A stretch of DNA of 64,000 bases from Eubacteriales bacterium (GCA_045658225.1 JAZOUO010000035.1:13639-77638), one strand, 5' to 3'; shown: positions 45,506 through 55,945, counted from the first letter of the stretch. Numbers and translations are program-made. Notes: a model not told the origin generated them from the letters alone.

Positions 45506-48500
45506 ATGCTTCAATTAACCAACATTACCAAGGTATATGCTTCGGGTGCAGAAAAGGTAGAAGCTCTCAAGGGCATAAATCTTGAGTTCCGCAAAAATGA
45601 ATTCGTTTCTATTCTTGGACAGTCGGGTTGCGGTAAAACAACGCTTCTGAATATTATCGGTGGACTCGACCGATACACCGACGGAGACCTTGTTATCAAC
45701 GGCAAGTCTACAAAAACCTTTAAAGACTCGGATTGGGATACTTACAGAAATCACTCTATAGGATTTGTCTTCCAAAGCTACAATCTTATTCCCCACCAGA
45801 CAGTTCTCGCAAACGTAGAGCTTGCGCTTACCCTCTCGGGCGTTTCCAAGGCTGAAAGAAGACAGCGTGCTATAGCTGCGCTTGAAAGTGTTGGGCTTTC
45901 CGACCAAATCCATAAAAAGCCCACTCAGATGTCGGGCGGACAGATGCAGAGAGTTGCCATTGCCCGTGCGCTTGTAAACAATCCTGATATTCTTCTTGCC
46001 GACGAGCCCACGGGCGCGCTTGACACGAAGACCAGCGTTCAGATAATGGATATTCTTAAAGATGTCTCAAAGGACAGACTGGTTATTATGGTCACTCATA
46101 ACCCCGATCTTGCAGAGGAATATTCCACACGTATAGTAAAGCTTAGTGACGGACTTGTAATAGACGACTCAAATCCCTATGACAGCTCCACAAAAACCAT
46201 GGAAGCTGAAGTGGTATCCCCTGCTCCAAAGAAGGCAAAGAAAAAGGATAGAAAGGCTGAAAAGAAACCTCGTATGTCGTTCTTCACCGCGCTTTCCCTT
46301 TCTATGAACAACCTTTTCACCAAAAAGGGCCGCACGGCAATGACGTCTTTTGCCGGAAGTATAGGTATTATCGGTATCGCGCTTATCCTCTCGCTTTCAA
46401 ACGGTATTCAGTTGTTTATAAATCAGGTTCAGGAAGATACGCTCTCCACATACCCCCTTTCAATTCAGAAAGAAACACAGGATATGTCGGCGTTGCTTTC
46501 GGCAATGACGAACTCGTCCGCCTCAACAGACTACTCAGATTCGGGTATGATTTATGTTGATGACTCGCTCGGTACGATGATGTCGGCTATGACATCAACC
46601 GTAAAAAATAATCTTGAAGCATTCAAGGTGCATATTGATGCTAACAGAGACTCCCTTGATCAGTATGTAAGCGACATACAGTACACATACGACTACGACC
46701 TTCAGGTCTTCAATACCGCAAACGGAACAGTCAAGGTCGGAATGGAGACTATGTTTGAGCATATGGGAGATGCCTTTTCGGGAATGACGGAAATGATGCA
46801 AATGGGCGGATCTTCCATAAACGTATTCTCGGAAATGATAGATAATCAAGAGCTTCTTGGTCAGCAATACGAGGTCGTGGCGGGTAATTGGCCCTCTGCA
46901 GATGCCGCAGATGAGGTTGTTCTGGTTGTTAATTCTAACAACCAGATAAGCAAAATGACTCTTTATATGCTCGGTATACTTGATCCTAACAATATTGATC
47001 AAGAAATGTCAGATCTTATGAATGGTAAATACGAGTCTAAGGATCTTCCTCCCTACACTTACGATGATATTCTCAATATGAGATTCAAGCTTCTCACAAC
47101 GTCAGATTTCTTCCAGAAAAATTCCGATGTTTCAAAGGGATACACCGTTGGCGATAAGCAGTACAGCAGTTGGATGGATATAAGAGAATATCCCGGATAC
47201 GATCAGGAAAAATTCGTAAATCAAAATGGAATGGATATAAAGATCGTGGGAATAATCCGTCCAAGAGTTGACGCTACCGCAACGTCCATTTCGGGTGCAG
47301 TCGGCTACACGAAGGCTCTTACCAACTATATTCTTGAAAAGAACGCTACAAGCGAGGTCATAAATCAGCAAAAGGAAACTCCTGATGTAAACGTTCTTAC
47401 AGGTCTTGCATTTGAAAGAACACATTATACCCCCGAAACTATTAATCAGCTTATCGCAAAAATAGATTCGGCGACTATGGATATGTTCTATGCCTATATG
47501 ACCGAGCAAATACTCACCAACGAGGAGTTCGCAGGCAGAATTGACGTTAAGGACACAGAATCCTTCCTCGGCGTCTATATGCTTCTTCCTGCGGATAAGC
47601 AGGCGGAGGTGCTTACCGCCGTTCTTGACGCTGTTAATGAAAATCCCATGTCAGCAACAATGGCGGATAATCTCCTAAAAGTAGTGTCACAGACCACGGG
47701 CGGCATAGAAATCACGCGCCAGAATTTTGTAAAGCTTCTTCCCTCTCTTGACACAAAAATGCACGTAATGCTTGCGTTCGTTGGACTTCAGCAGAGCGAG
47801 CAGATGCCGATAGCTATGCCCGGACTTATTGAGCTTGCGGGCGAGGAAAAAATGTCCGTTATATATGAGAAAATGACCGCTGACATCAAGACTATGACCG
47901 TCAACGAAGATATATTCGTGACTATACTCGGTACAATGACAGCAGGCGATCCCGCCTTTGTTCAACTTGAGGAGACACTTTACGGAATGGCTCCGGGAAT
48001 TGATGCAACCTACGATAGCGTGCTTGAGGAGCTCGACGATGCTCAAAAGGCTTCTCCTTCTTCGGTAAACTTCTATGCAAAGGACTTCAACTCCAAAGAG
48101 CAGGTTGAAAAGTTTATTGAAGATTACAATAGCTCTGTTGAGAAAAAGGATCAGCTTCAGTACAGTGACATCGTTGGAACAATGATGTCGTCGGTATCTA
48201 CGATAATCGACGTTATCTCCTATGTTCTTATCGCGTTCGTTGCAATCTCCCTCGTTGTATCCTCTATAATGATTGGAATAATCACAAACATCTCGGTTCT
48301 TGAAAGAACCAAGGAAATTGGTATTCTCCGAGCTATCGGTGCTTCCAAGAAGGACGTATCACGCGTATTCAATGCAGAAACCTTTATTATCGGTACCTGC
48401 GCAGGAATACTCGGCATACTCATAACTCTCCTTCTCTGTATACCTGCAAATGCTATTATTCAAGCATTGACGGGCTTCTCTAACGTTAAGGCAGTACTTC

Positions 48501-48619
48501 CTGCCGCGGCGGCATTCATACTTATCGCAATAAGTATGGGACTCACTCTTATAGCGGGACTTATTCCCTCCCGTTCTGCCGCAAAGAAGGACCCCGTTGA
48601 AGCACTCAGAAGCGAATAA
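45506..48619 (+). CDS. fused ABC ATPase / FtsX-type permease (MacB-like) with very large extracytoplasmic domain
   Basis: The N-terminus has 'GQSGCGKTT', 'MSGGQMQRVAIAR' and 'LLADEPTGALD'. A TM at ~270 is followed by ~600 extracytoplasmic residues and a C-terminal FtsX 3-TM bundle ('ERTKEIGILRAIGASKKD'). Confidence 0.88.
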   Translation: MLQLTNITKVYASGAEKVEALKGINLEFRKNEFVSILGQSGCGKTTLLNIIGGLDRYTDGDLVINGKSTKTFKDSDWDTYRNHSIGFVFQSYNLIPHQTVLANVELALTLSGVSKAERRQRAIAALESVGLSDQIHKKPTQMSGGQMQRVAIARALVNNPDILLADEPTGALDTKTSVQIMDILKDVSKDRLVIMVTHNPDLAEEYSTRIVKLSDGLVIDDSNPYDSSTKTMEAEVVSPAPKKAKKKDRKAEKKPRMSFFTALSLSMNNLFTKKGRTAMTSFAGSIGIIGIALILSLSNGIQLFINQVQEDTLSTYPLSIQKETQDMSALLSAMTNSSASTDYSDSGMIYVDDSLGTMMSAMTSTVKNNLEAFKVHIDANRDSLDQYVSDIQYTYDYDLQVFNTANGTVKVGMETMFEHMGDAFSGMTEMMQMGGSSINVFSEMIDNQELLGQQYEVVAGNWPSADAADEVVLVVNSNNQISKMTLYMLGILDPNNIDQEMSDLMNGKYESKDLPPYTYDDILNMRFKLLTTSDFFQKNSDVSKGYTVGDKQYSSWMDIREYPGYDQEKFVNQNGMDIKIVGIIRPRVDATATSISGAVGYTKALTNYILEKNATSEVINQQKETPDVNVLTGLAFERTHYTPETINQLIAKIDSATMDMFYAYMTEQILTNEEFAGRIDVKDTESFLGVYMLLPADKQAEVLTAVLDAVNENPMSATMADNLLKVVSQTTGGIEITRQNFVKLLPSLDTKMHVMLAFVGLQQSEQMPIAMPGLIELAGEEKMSVIYEKMTADIKTMTVNEDIFVTILGTMTAGDPAFVQLEETLYGMAPGIDATYDSVLEELDDAQKASPSSVNFYAKDFNSKEQVEKFIEDYNSSVEKKDQLQYSDIVGTMMSSVSTIIDVISYVLIAFVAISLVVSSIMIGIITNISVLERTKEIGILRAIGASKKDVSRVFNAETFIIGTCAGILGILITLLLCIPANAIIQALTGFSNVKAVLPAAAAFILIAISMGLTLIAGLIPSRSAAKKDPVEALRSE

Positions 48620-48627
48620 TTATAAGA

Positions 48628-48664
48628 CAAAAATCCGACTCGCAAGAGTCGGATTTTTTCTTTT
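48628..48664. terminator. bidirectional terminator between the MacB-like gene and rubredoxin
   Basis: AAAAATCCGACTC-gcaa-GAGTCGGATTTTTT. Confidence 0.85.
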
Positions 48665-48667
48665 CAG

Positions 48668-48841
48668 TCATTCATCGTCGGGATATACAAGCTCAAACTC
48701 GTCCTTGGCAGCTCCGCATATCGGACATACCCACTCACTTGGAATATCCTCAAACTCTACACCCTCCGCTATACCGCCCTCTACGTCACCATTATCCTGA
48801 ACATACTCATATCCGCAAATCGCGCAAGCATAGACCTTCAT
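48668..48841 (-). CDS. rubredoxin (57 aa, not in the ORF track)
   Basis: My own translation gives MKVYACAICGYEYVQDNGDVEGGIAEGVEFEDIPSEWVCPICGAAKDEFELVYPDDE*. It has the two CxxCG knuckles, and GGAGGTG lies 7 nt before the ATG. Confidence 0.88.
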   Translation of the reverse strand: MKVYACAICGYEYVQDNGDVEGGIAEGVEFEDIPSEWVCPICGAAKDEFELVYPDDE

Positions 48842-48977
48842 AAATACACCTCCATAGCAAATTAAATTTCGGAAAGACCGATTTCTCTAATATAATATTA
48901 CGAAGCCTGCGTATTGCTAATACATATTACAAAATCATAAAATTTTTCCCTCGTCATATATTTGATATATAAATGAT

Positions 48978-50540
48978 ATGCGAAAGGCTTATAATATGTC
49001 ATCAAGAACGAGGAGATTTTTTCTGAATTTTCTGTCGCTGACCGCTACCGCACTGATAATTCGCGGCGTGGGCGTGGCTTTTAATATTTACGTGTCAAAT
49101 ACGGCGGGGGCAGAAGCAATGGGCTTGTACTCACTTATGGGTGGAATATATGCCTTTGCCGTGACTCTCGGGTGCGCGGGAATAAATCTCGGCACTACGC
49201 GCGCCGTATCCGATGCCATGGGTGTAGGCGACAAAGGACTTGCGCGCAAGACCGCAAAAAAAGCCCTTGTATGCGCGTTTGTATCAAGTATTGCGGCAAC
49301 TGTTTTGCTCTTTTCCCTATCAAATTTGATTGGTGAAAATGTACTTGGCGATACAAGAGTTATTCGCTCGCTGAAAATACTCGCGCTCTCGCTTGTTCCA
49401 GTTTCTCTTTGCTCATGTCTGTCGGGATATTTTACTGCTGTCAAGCGTGTACGCGCTAGCTCACTGATACAGATAATCGCTCAAGGCATAAAGATAATTC
49501 TGACAATAATATTTTTAACGAAATTTGTTCAACGCGGCGCAGAATATGCCTGCATTGCACTCGTACTCGGCGCGGTGCTTGCTGAATTTTTTTCATTGCT
49601 TGCCGTGTTCATTCTGTACAAGTATGACAGCAAAAAAAACCTTAATTTTCCTACGTTATCTAAAGGCGCGGAGAATAAAATCACAAAAAAACTCCTTTCT
49701 ATAACTGTTCCCGTCACTATAAGTGCGTGCGTAAGGTCGGGGCTTACGACAGTACAGCACATTCTTATTCCAAAAGGACTTAAAGCCAGTGGAAAATCAT
49801 GGTCGGCAGCACTTGCCTCGTACGGAATCTTACATAGTATGGTAATGCCTCTGATACTTTTTCCTTCAGCTTTTATTACCTCCTTTTCGGGTCTGCTTAT
49901 ACCCGAAGTCACTGAGTGCCGAGTGCAAAATGACCCTGAGCGACTTAAACGTATATCATACAGAGTTCTTACTCTCGCGCTTATTTTTTCAATAGGCACG
50001 TCGGGAATTATGATATTCTACTCCTACGGGCTTGGCACGACAGTTTACAACAGCGAGGAGGCGGCTCGATATATAAAGCTTATGGCGCCACTCATACCCA
50101 TAATGTATATTGACAGCGCGGTGGATGCTATTCTCAAGGGCATGGGACACGAAGTATATTCTATGAACGTAAATATCGCCGACGCGTTCACGGCATGTAT
50201 TTTCGCCCTTGTGCTTATTCCTAAAATGGGACTCATGGGGTACGTTATATCCATATACGCGACCGAAATGCTCAATACCTTTTTAAGTCTATGGAAAATG
50301 GTATCTGTGACAAAAATGAAATTCAAAATTTTTCATCAGATACTTATGCCCGTGATATGTATTCTCTGCGCAACTAATACCGCGTATTTTGTGCTTCGCA
50401 TTTTTGATATTAGAGGACAAATACTTGATATAACACTCCACATAGTTCTCTCAATATTCTTTTATATCGCATTCCTATATCTTACAAAAACCATAGGCAG
50501 AGACGAAAAAGAGGTCATTTTCTTTGCATTAAAAAAATAA
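48978..50540 (+). CDS. MOP-superfamily flippase, SpoVB/MurJ-like (stage V sporulation protein B type)
   Basis: ~14 TM and 520 aa, with 'NIYVSNTAGAEAMGLYSL...LGCAGINLGTTR' typical of SpoVB-type polysaccharide biosynthesis proteins. An alternative start is ATG 48996. Confidence 0.75.
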   Translation: MRKAYNMSSRTRRFFLNFLSLTATALIIRGVGVAFNIYVSNTAGAEAMGLYSLMGGIYAFAVTLGCAGINLGTTRAVSDAMGVGDKGLARKTAKKALVCAFVSSIAATVLLFSLSNLIGENVLGDTRVIRSLKILALSLVPVSLCSCLSGYFTAVKRVRASSLIQIIAQGIKIILTIIFLTKFVQRGAEYACIALVLGAVLAEFFSLLAVFILYKYDSKKNLNFPTLSKGAENKITKKLLSITVPVTISACVRSGLTTVQHILIPKGLKASGKSWSAALASYGILHSMVMPLILFPSAFITSFSGLLIPEVTECRVQNDPERLKRISYRVLTLALIFSIGTSGIMIFYSYGLGTTVYNSEEAARYIKLMAPLIPIMYIDSAVDAILKGMGHEVYSMNVNIADAFTACIFALVLIPKMGLMGYVISIYATEMLNTFLSLWKMVSVTKMKFKIFHQILMPVICILCATNTAYFVLRIFDIRGQILDITLHIVLSIFFYIAFLYLTKTIGRDEKEVIFFALKK

Positions 50541-50546
50541 GGGTGA

Positions 50547-51215
50547 TCATTCACCCTTATTTTGCGTTATATCGTCCTCAATGTGTACTCGAGGCAGACT
50601 CCAACGGTATTTAGCTGCGAGCATTCTCAATACTACTATCGTGACTACGGGAATGGCTATGGATAATACAGAGTCACCGAGCCAGATCCTCAAGCAGTAG
50701 TACATAAGGCTTCCGAGTATAGAAACCAAGGCGTAAACGTGCTTTTTAAGTATGTAAGGTGTATCATTAACCAGCACGTCGCGTATAAGTCCTCCACCGA
50801 CTCCCGTTAAAACTCCGAGAGTGACGGAAAGAAGTATCTTATCCTCCAGACCGCAGGCAAATGCAGTCTCAGTTCCCATTACCGAAAATGCGGCAAGTCC
50901 AAGCGCATCAAAGAAATTGTTGATATGCTCTATCTTTTTTCGCATTTCCGTAAAATTCCGACGTCTTATATACGATATGATAAATACCACAACCGATACA
51001 GCCAAGGCTATCAAGATTATATATGACCTTGAAAACACCGCAGGGGGCGTGCGTCCTATTATGATATCTCTTATAATTCCTCCACCGACTGCCGTAATAA
51101 TACCGAGAAGTATTACTCCGAGCATATCAAGCTTTGCCTTTATTGACACGAGCGCGCCCGATATCGCAAACGCGACCGTTCCCACTATTTCAAGAATAAG
51201 TAATGCAATATCCAT
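50547..51215 (-). CDS. trimeric intracellular cation channel (TRIC/UPF0126, YadS-like) family protein
   Basis: Two internal repeats, each with the 'GGG(I/L)IRD(I/V)' motif, in a 7-TM protein. Confidence 0.8.
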   Translation of the reverse strand: MDIALLILEIVGTVAFAISGALVSIKAKLDMLGVILLGIITAVGGGIIRDIIIGRTPPAVFSRSYIILIALAVSVVVFIISYIRRRNFTEMRKKIEHINNFFDALGLAAFSVMGTETAFACGLEDKILLSVTLGVLTGVGGGLIRDVLVNDTPYILKKHVYALVSILGSLMYYCLRIWLGDSVLSIAIPVVTIVVLRMLAAKYRWSLPRVHIEDDITQNKGE

Positions 51216-51293
51216 ACGTAAATTCCCTTAATAATTTGATATTTGATGCTTTTCGCACCTATTATATCATATACAAAAATATAAGTCAAGCGC

Positions 51294-51331
51294 AAAAAAC
51301 GGACAAGCATACTTGTCCGTTTTTTGATTTT
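51294..51331. terminator. rho-independent terminator downstream of the zinc-ribbon gene
   Basis: AAAAAACGGACAAG-cata-CTTGTCCGTTTTTT. Confidence 0.8.
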
Positions 51332-51395
51332 TTATCAACTATATGTAACCGAAGTTAAAAGCGCAACTTTTCGTTATTATAGCAGATTACAGCAA

Positions 51396-51728
51396 TTATC
51401 TTGATCTTCTTGCTTCAAAACACTTGCTGCAGTAAACGGGTCTGTCGCTTGAAGGCTGGAAAGGAAGCTTTGCTTCGCCGCCGCACTCGCTGCACACAGC
51501 TATAAAGGTCTCGCGCTCAGGCTTATCTGCGTTCTTTCTCTTGTCGCGGCAAGCCTTGCAAGCCTTGGGCTGATTCTTGAAACCCTTTTCAGCATAGAAC
51601 TGCTGCTCGCCTGCGGTGAACGTGAATTCCTCTCCGCAGTCCTTACATGTGAGAACTATGTCCTCATATACAGTTTCTACTACTTCGGTCTCGGCAACTT
51701 CGCCTTCAACTTTTACTTCTTCGCACAT
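51396..51728 (-). CDS. zinc-ribbon protein with two CxxC-x17-CxxC units (zf-trcl-like)
   Basis: The acidic N-terminus is followed by 'CKDCGEEFTFTAGEQQFYAEKGFKNQPKACKAC' and 'CSECGGEAKLPFQPSSDRPVYCSKC'. Confidence 0.7.
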   Translation of the reverse strand: MCEEVKVEGEVAETEVVETVYEDIVLTCKDCGEEFTFTAGEQQFYAEKGFKNQPKACKACRDKRKNADKPERETFIAVCSECGGEAKLPFQPSSDRPVYCSKCFEARRSR

Positions 51729-51822
51729 TTTTTTAATACCTCACTTTTGATAATGATACCTGTCACTCCGCTTTTATAATGACTTGTATATAAACTCTCT
51801 TTGAGAATTTATCTTATGTAAT

Positions 51823-52422
51823 TCAATCAGACAAAAGCTGTCTGAGTTTTTTGCGTATTCTGTAAATTGCGTTATTAACGGATCGCACGTCTCCATCAAC
51901 CTTTTCCGCAATAGTCTTTGCGGAAAGTCCCGATGTGTAAAGCCACCATACTCTTGCCTCGTATGGAGAAAGATTACTCTGTATTCTGTCAACTAGAGAT
52001 CTTATTTTCTCATCTTCAACAACCTGATCCAAGGGGTCTGTCTGCCCTTCCTCCGAGATGAACTGCGAAAGCTCATCAAGCGACGCAACGCCACGCGCAC
52101 CTGTTGAATTGTACTTTCGGATAAATGTAATAAGCCTGTTGCTTATACACACCTTCGCGTACAGTCCAAACTCAACCTGCGATTCCTCACAGTTGTAATT
52201 ACACACCGCATTAACAAACGCGCTGACCGCCTCGTCATGCAAATCCTCACGATCTTGATTGGACATATAGTCAGCATAAGCGCGATTTACCTGCGACTCG
52301 ATAAGAGGATGATATTTACTTTTTAGAAAGTCCAAGGCGTCAAGGCTGCCCTCTCTCGCCTTCTGAATCATAGAAATGATTTCATCCCTTGATTCTGCTG
52401 CATTTCTGTTTTCCGAGTTCAT
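51823..52422 (-). CDS. sigma-70 family RNA polymerase sigma factor (group 3/4-like)
   Basis: Region 2 ('LHDEAVSAFVNAVCNY...FGLYAKVCISNRLITFIRK') and region 4 HTH ('LSAKTIAEKVDGDVRSVNNAIYRIRKKL'). Confidence 0.75.
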   Translation of the reverse strand: MNSENRNAAESRDEIISMIQKAREGSLDALDFLKSKYHPLIESQVNRAYADYMSNQDREDLHDEAVSAFVNAVCNYNCEESQVEFGLYAKVCISNRLITFIRKYNSTGARGVASLDELSQFISEEGQTDPLDQVVEDEKIRSLVDRIQSNLSPYEARVWWLYTSGLSAKTIAEKVDGDVRSVNNAIYRIRKKLRQLLSD

Positions 52423-52681
52423 TTTTCTCCTACCGATTTGTAAAAATGACGCTTACAAATACACTATCTAATTGTATCATTATTTTTCCCAAAAGTCAAC
52501 ACTATTTTTTGCGTTTTTTTGTTGCACTTTTACAAAATATGTTGTCTATGGTCTGTTTTGAACAAATTAAAGCCTGTCTACTTGTGCATTTTAATCAATC
52601 AATTTTGACTTTGTTGTTCATTATGCACATTGGTATTCTTGAAAGTTTGTTAACTATTTTTCTTAAAAAATATTAAGTACA

Positions 52682-53233
52682 TTATTCAAATAAGAAGTTG
52701 ATATTTCCTGCAACAAGAGATACAATTCCTCTGTAAACTATCTCGGGATGTTCTCTGAAGTTGTCTTCCATTTTCTGCGCAAATTTAAGGTTGTCCACAA
52801 CGAGAGTTGTCGTGAGTATAGGCTCGTTCTTCTCGTTGACCTTGCAGATAACATCGTATCTGCCGTCCTCTCTTTTCTCTATCTTGCAGGATATGGTTAT
52901 ACCGCGCTTTCTGAAATCAAGATAACGCAACGCGCAAGAAAGGCTTTTCTGCAAAAGAGCCATATGTATTTCTCCGTGAAGCTCGGTAGCAACAAGTCTT
53001 CCCTTTGGGCTGACTACGTAAAGATCGTCTCCATCTTCGTTCTGTCCGTAAATATCGATAAGTCCCGCATCAAGCATTTCGTGGAAGCTCTCGGCGAAGT
53101 CAAGATAAAGCACGTAATCGTTTTGCATAACGATATCATTTATTGTGATATAATCCATAGGATAATTTATATTCTGCATAAGGTAAAGCACAAAGATTTT
53201 TACATTCTGCTTACCTCCGACTAGTGATCCCAT
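52682..53233 (-). CDS. DUF4364-family protein (from memory)
   Basis: 183 aa with 'KIFVLYLMQNINYPMDYITINDIV...' at the N-terminus. AGGGAGGA precedes the ATG. Confidence 0.6.
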   Translation of the reverse strand: MGSLVGGKQNVKIFVLYLMQNINYPMDYITINDIVMQNDYVLYLDFAESFHEMLDAGLIDIYGQNEDGDDLYVVSPKGRLVATELHGEIHMALLQKSLSCALRYLDFRKRGITISCKIEKREDGRYDVICKVNEKNEPILTTTLVVDNLKFAQKMEDNFREHPEIVYRGIVSLVAGNINFLFE

Positions 53234-53389
53234 ACAATTTCCTCCCTATTTTTTAACTCATACTGATATTTTACCATAAATATTATTTTTTTTCAATAGT
53301 AAGGTTGCATTTTCTGAAAAAATGTGGTATTATATATTCATATTACTTTAATTCGATAAAATTACCCAATTTCGAAAGGACCCTTGATA

Positions 53390-54586
53390 ATGGCAAAAAT
53401 AGCAATTCTGGGCTTCGGCACCGTAGGATCGGGTGTTGCGGAGGTTATCACACAAAACAACAATATCATCACTAAAAAGATAGGCGAAAGCCTTGATGTC
53501 AAATACATTCTCGATTTGTGCGACTTCCCCGGAAGCCCCTTTGAGAATCTTGTAATTCACGATTTCAATATCATACTCAATGACCCCGAGGTCTCTATCG
53601 TTGCAGAAATGATGGGCGGATCCCACCCTGCATACGACTTTTCAAAGGCGTGTCTTGAGGCGGGCAAGAGCGTTGTCACATCAAACAAGGAGGTAGTTGC
53701 AAAGTTCGGCGCGGAGCTTCTTGAGACCGCAAAGGCTCATGGTGTCTCTTACTTGTTCGAGGCGAGCGTTGGCGGCGGTATTCCGATTATCCGTCCCATG
53801 TGCAACGACCTGTCCTCCAACAATCTCTGCGAGGTCAGCGGTATTCTCAACGGAACTACGAACTTTATCCTTACCAAGATGGACAAGGAGGGCGCAGAGT
53901 TCTCCGACGTGCTCAAGGAGGCTCAGAGACTTGGCTATGCCGAGGCAAACCCCACGGCAGACGTTGAGGGAATTGATGCGGCAAGAAAGATAGTTATTCT
54001 CGCGGCCCTGTCATTCGGTAAGCTCGCAAGTCCCGACAGTATTCATACAGAGGGTATAACGAAGATTTCCAAGACTGCGGTTGAGGTTGCTAAAAAGCTC
54101 GGATATTCCGTAAAGCTTATTGGCCACACAAGAAATATTGACGGAAAGATGCTCTGCATGGTATCTCCCAGACTTATACCCGACTCAAATCCCCTCTCTA
54201 GCATTGACGGCGTATTCAACGGAATACTCGTTTCGGGAGATATGGTTGGTCAGGTTATGTTCTATGGCCCCGGCGCGGGAAAGCTTCCCACGGCGAGTGC
54301 TGTGTGCGCCGACATAGTTGATATCGCGGCTCACAAGGGCAATATAAAGCTTCCCTCTTTTACTGTTGCAACAGAGTCTGACATGGCTGATTTTGAGTCC
54401 TACACCTGCGACAGATTGTTTATCTTGAATGGCGATTCTTCCCTTTCCCGCTTTGGAGATATACAGACAACTGTGCGCGAGGGTGACTACACCTGCGTAA
54501 TTGTAAAGCAGATGAGCGAAGCAGATGCCGCGACTCTTATTTCGGACGAGAGCGTGGGTATTTGCGAGTCTATAAGACTTCTTTGA
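53390..54586 (+). CDS. hom: homoserine dehydrogenase
   Basis: 'IAILGFGTVGSGV' NAD(P) motif, 'VTSNKE', 'EASVGGGIPII', 'GILNGTTNFILT' and a C-terminal ACT-like domain. ATG 53390 follows AAAGGA. Confidence 0.92.
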   Translation: MAKIAILGFGTVGSGVAEVITQNNNIITKKIGESLDVKYILDLCDFPGSPFENLVIHDFNIILNDPEVSIVAEMMGGSHPAYDFSKACLEAGKSVVTSNKEVVAKFGAELLETAKAHGVSYLFEASVGGGIPIIRPMCNDLSSNNLCEVSGILNGTTNFILTKMDKEGAEFSDVLKEAQRLGYAEANPTADVEGIDAARKIVILAALSFGKLASPDSIHTEGITKISKTAVEVAKKLGYSVKLIGHTRNIDGKMLCMVSPRLIPDSNPLSSIDGVFNGILVSGDMVGQVMFYGPGAGKLPTASAVCADIVDIAAHKGNIKLPSFTVATESDMADFESYTCDRLFILNGDSSLSRFGDIQTTVREGDYTCVIVKQMSEADAATLISDESVGICESIRLL

Positions 54587-54594
54587 TAAGATAT

Positions 54595-54621
54595 ACGGGG
54601 TTGTTCTCAGGACAACCCCGT
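54595..54621 (+). terminator. hairpin after hom (no clear T-run)
   Basis: ACGGGGTTGT-tctcagg-ACAACCCCGT. Confidence 0.45.
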
Positions 54622-54646
54622 CAAAATATAAAATCAAGGTGATAAA

Positions 54647-55396
54647 ATGAAAAAAAGTACCTTTCTTATGACTATAATCGGAACGGTCACATCAATTCTT
54701 TTGACGGTCATTTATGTACTGTTATTGAATATTACGGCAAGCCTGAGTTTTTCAGCCTTTGCTCCCGATATCGCAGTTATAGCTCTGCGCGAGCATACCA
54801 CGGTCTTTATAATTACCGCATTTTTGATATTTGAAGTGATTTTCTTTATCTACCTGTTTTCAATTATGGCCAAAGAAAAAAGCGACAAGCAGGACGGCGT
54901 GCTTTTGGACGGCAACTCTATTGACAACAAGAAAAATCACAAGATTATTCTTACAAAGACCACTAAAATTGCGGGTGCTTTGGGAATAGTTCTCCTCGTT
55001 GGGATGCTTGTGTTCAACGCGGGAGTTTATACCGAGGTTTCAAAGGACTCCATAAAGAAAAAAGTTTTTATAACCACGCAGGAGTACACGTGGGACGAGG
55101 TTTACAGATACTCATTCTCCTGCGATGAAAATGCAAATCTTCAATACACCGTTCAAATGACTGACGGAAAGTCCTTTCAGATACTTGTTTCGTCCAACTC
55201 CTGCTCCGAGGAGTTCACACAGGAGTTTGGAGACGTATTAACCTTTGCCTACTACCTCTCATGTGAATTTGAAAGCAGTGACAGGCAGATCATAAAGGAT
55301 ATCGTAGGACTTGAATATATGGAGCAGTACTATAAATCCAACGAGACAAATTGGTCGAAAATTGAGAAAATAATCAACGCGGGAGATACCCCGTAA
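54647..55396 (+). CDS. hypothetical membrane protein (3 predicted TM plus C-terminal soluble domain)
   Basis: Long ORF with hydrophobic segments and GGTGA 6 nt before the ATG. No family recognised. Confidence 0.65.
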   Translation: MKKSTFLMTIIGTVTSILLTVIYVLLLNITASLSFSAFAPDIAVIALREHTTVFIITAFLIFEVIFFIYLFSIMAKEKSDKQDGVLLDGNSIDNKKNHKIILTKTTKIAGALGIVLLVGMLVFNAGVYTEVSKDSIKKKVFITTQEYTWDEVYRYSFSCDENANLQYTVQMTDGKSFQILVSSNSCSEEFTQEFGDVLTFAYYLSCEFESSDRQIIKDIVGLEYMEQYYKSNETNWSKIEKIINAGDTP

Positions 55397-55398
55397 CA

Positions 55399-55431
55399 CA
55401 AAAATCCGATGACAAGTGTCATCGGATTTTT
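55399..55431. terminator. perfect bidirectional hairpin terminator
   Basis: AAAAATCCGATGACA-ag-TGTCATCGGATTTTT. Confidence 0.8.
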
Positions 55432-55471
55432 GTTATTCGCCTTTGATTTTTTTCCAATATTCCTCTGCCGC
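55419..55471 (-). repeat. orphan copy of the rarA 3' end (left repeat of the cassette)
   Basis: The minus-strand reading is RAAEEYWKKIKGE* plus 14 nt after the stop. By hand alignment, 47 of 53 nt are identical to 60525-60577. Confidence 0.8.
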
Positions 55472-55510
55472 GCGAGGTTTTTCTCACCCCCGCCGTCACA
55501 GGGGGGATTA

Positions 55511-55945
55511 CTATTTATACATCAAAACAACGGACGGATCTATGTTTGGATCTCCGTGAATATTAAACACTTCTCCCCAAGAAAAAACTTTTCTGGGGGT
55601 ATCACAATATTTACCAAACCATATTTTTACATTTTCAGATACCTTATCGATGTTATTAAAATACATTTTGGCATCTATAGGGTTATTTTTCTGTATATGA
55701 GGATAGATATATACACGACAAAGTTTTGACTTTTGATTCCTAACAGAAAAGCAAATCGAAAGTTGTATATATTTATTTTCTTCAACATCTGCCCAGATAC
55801 TATACCATATATATCCCGTTTTAAAGTCTTTCTTCTTAATCAACTCTATGTCGGTGTCAGTTTCAAGCTTGTCTATCGTTAAATATCTATCTATTTTTAA
55901 TCCCGATTGACAAAGGACAATTTCGCCGTTTTTTAAGTCTAACAT
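55511..55945 (-). CDS. hypothetical 144-aa cytoplasmic protein, candidate immunity protein
   Basis: GAGGT SD. The start overlaps the upstream stop (ATGTTAG). It is the last gene of the toxin-like operon. No family recognised. Confidence 0.6.
   Translation of the reverse strand: MLDLKNGEIVLCQSGLKIDRYLTIDKLETDTDIELIKKKDFKTGYIWYSIWADVEENKYIQLSICFSVRNQKSKLCRVYIYPHIQKNNPIDAKMYFNNIDKVSENVKIWFGKYCDTPRKVFSWGEVFNIHGDPNIDPSVVLMYK

Noticed and set aside
55409-55729. ORF 55409..55729 and ORF 60509..60826 encode similar N-termini (MTSVIGFLLFAFDFFPIFLC / MRIHDLIGFLLFALNLLPVFLC), which suggested a paralogous small membrane-protein pair
   Set aside because: The similarity is simply the antisense translation of the duplicated rarA 3' end. 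The second ORF lies wholly antisense to rarA. They are useful only as the clue that exposed the direct repeat.
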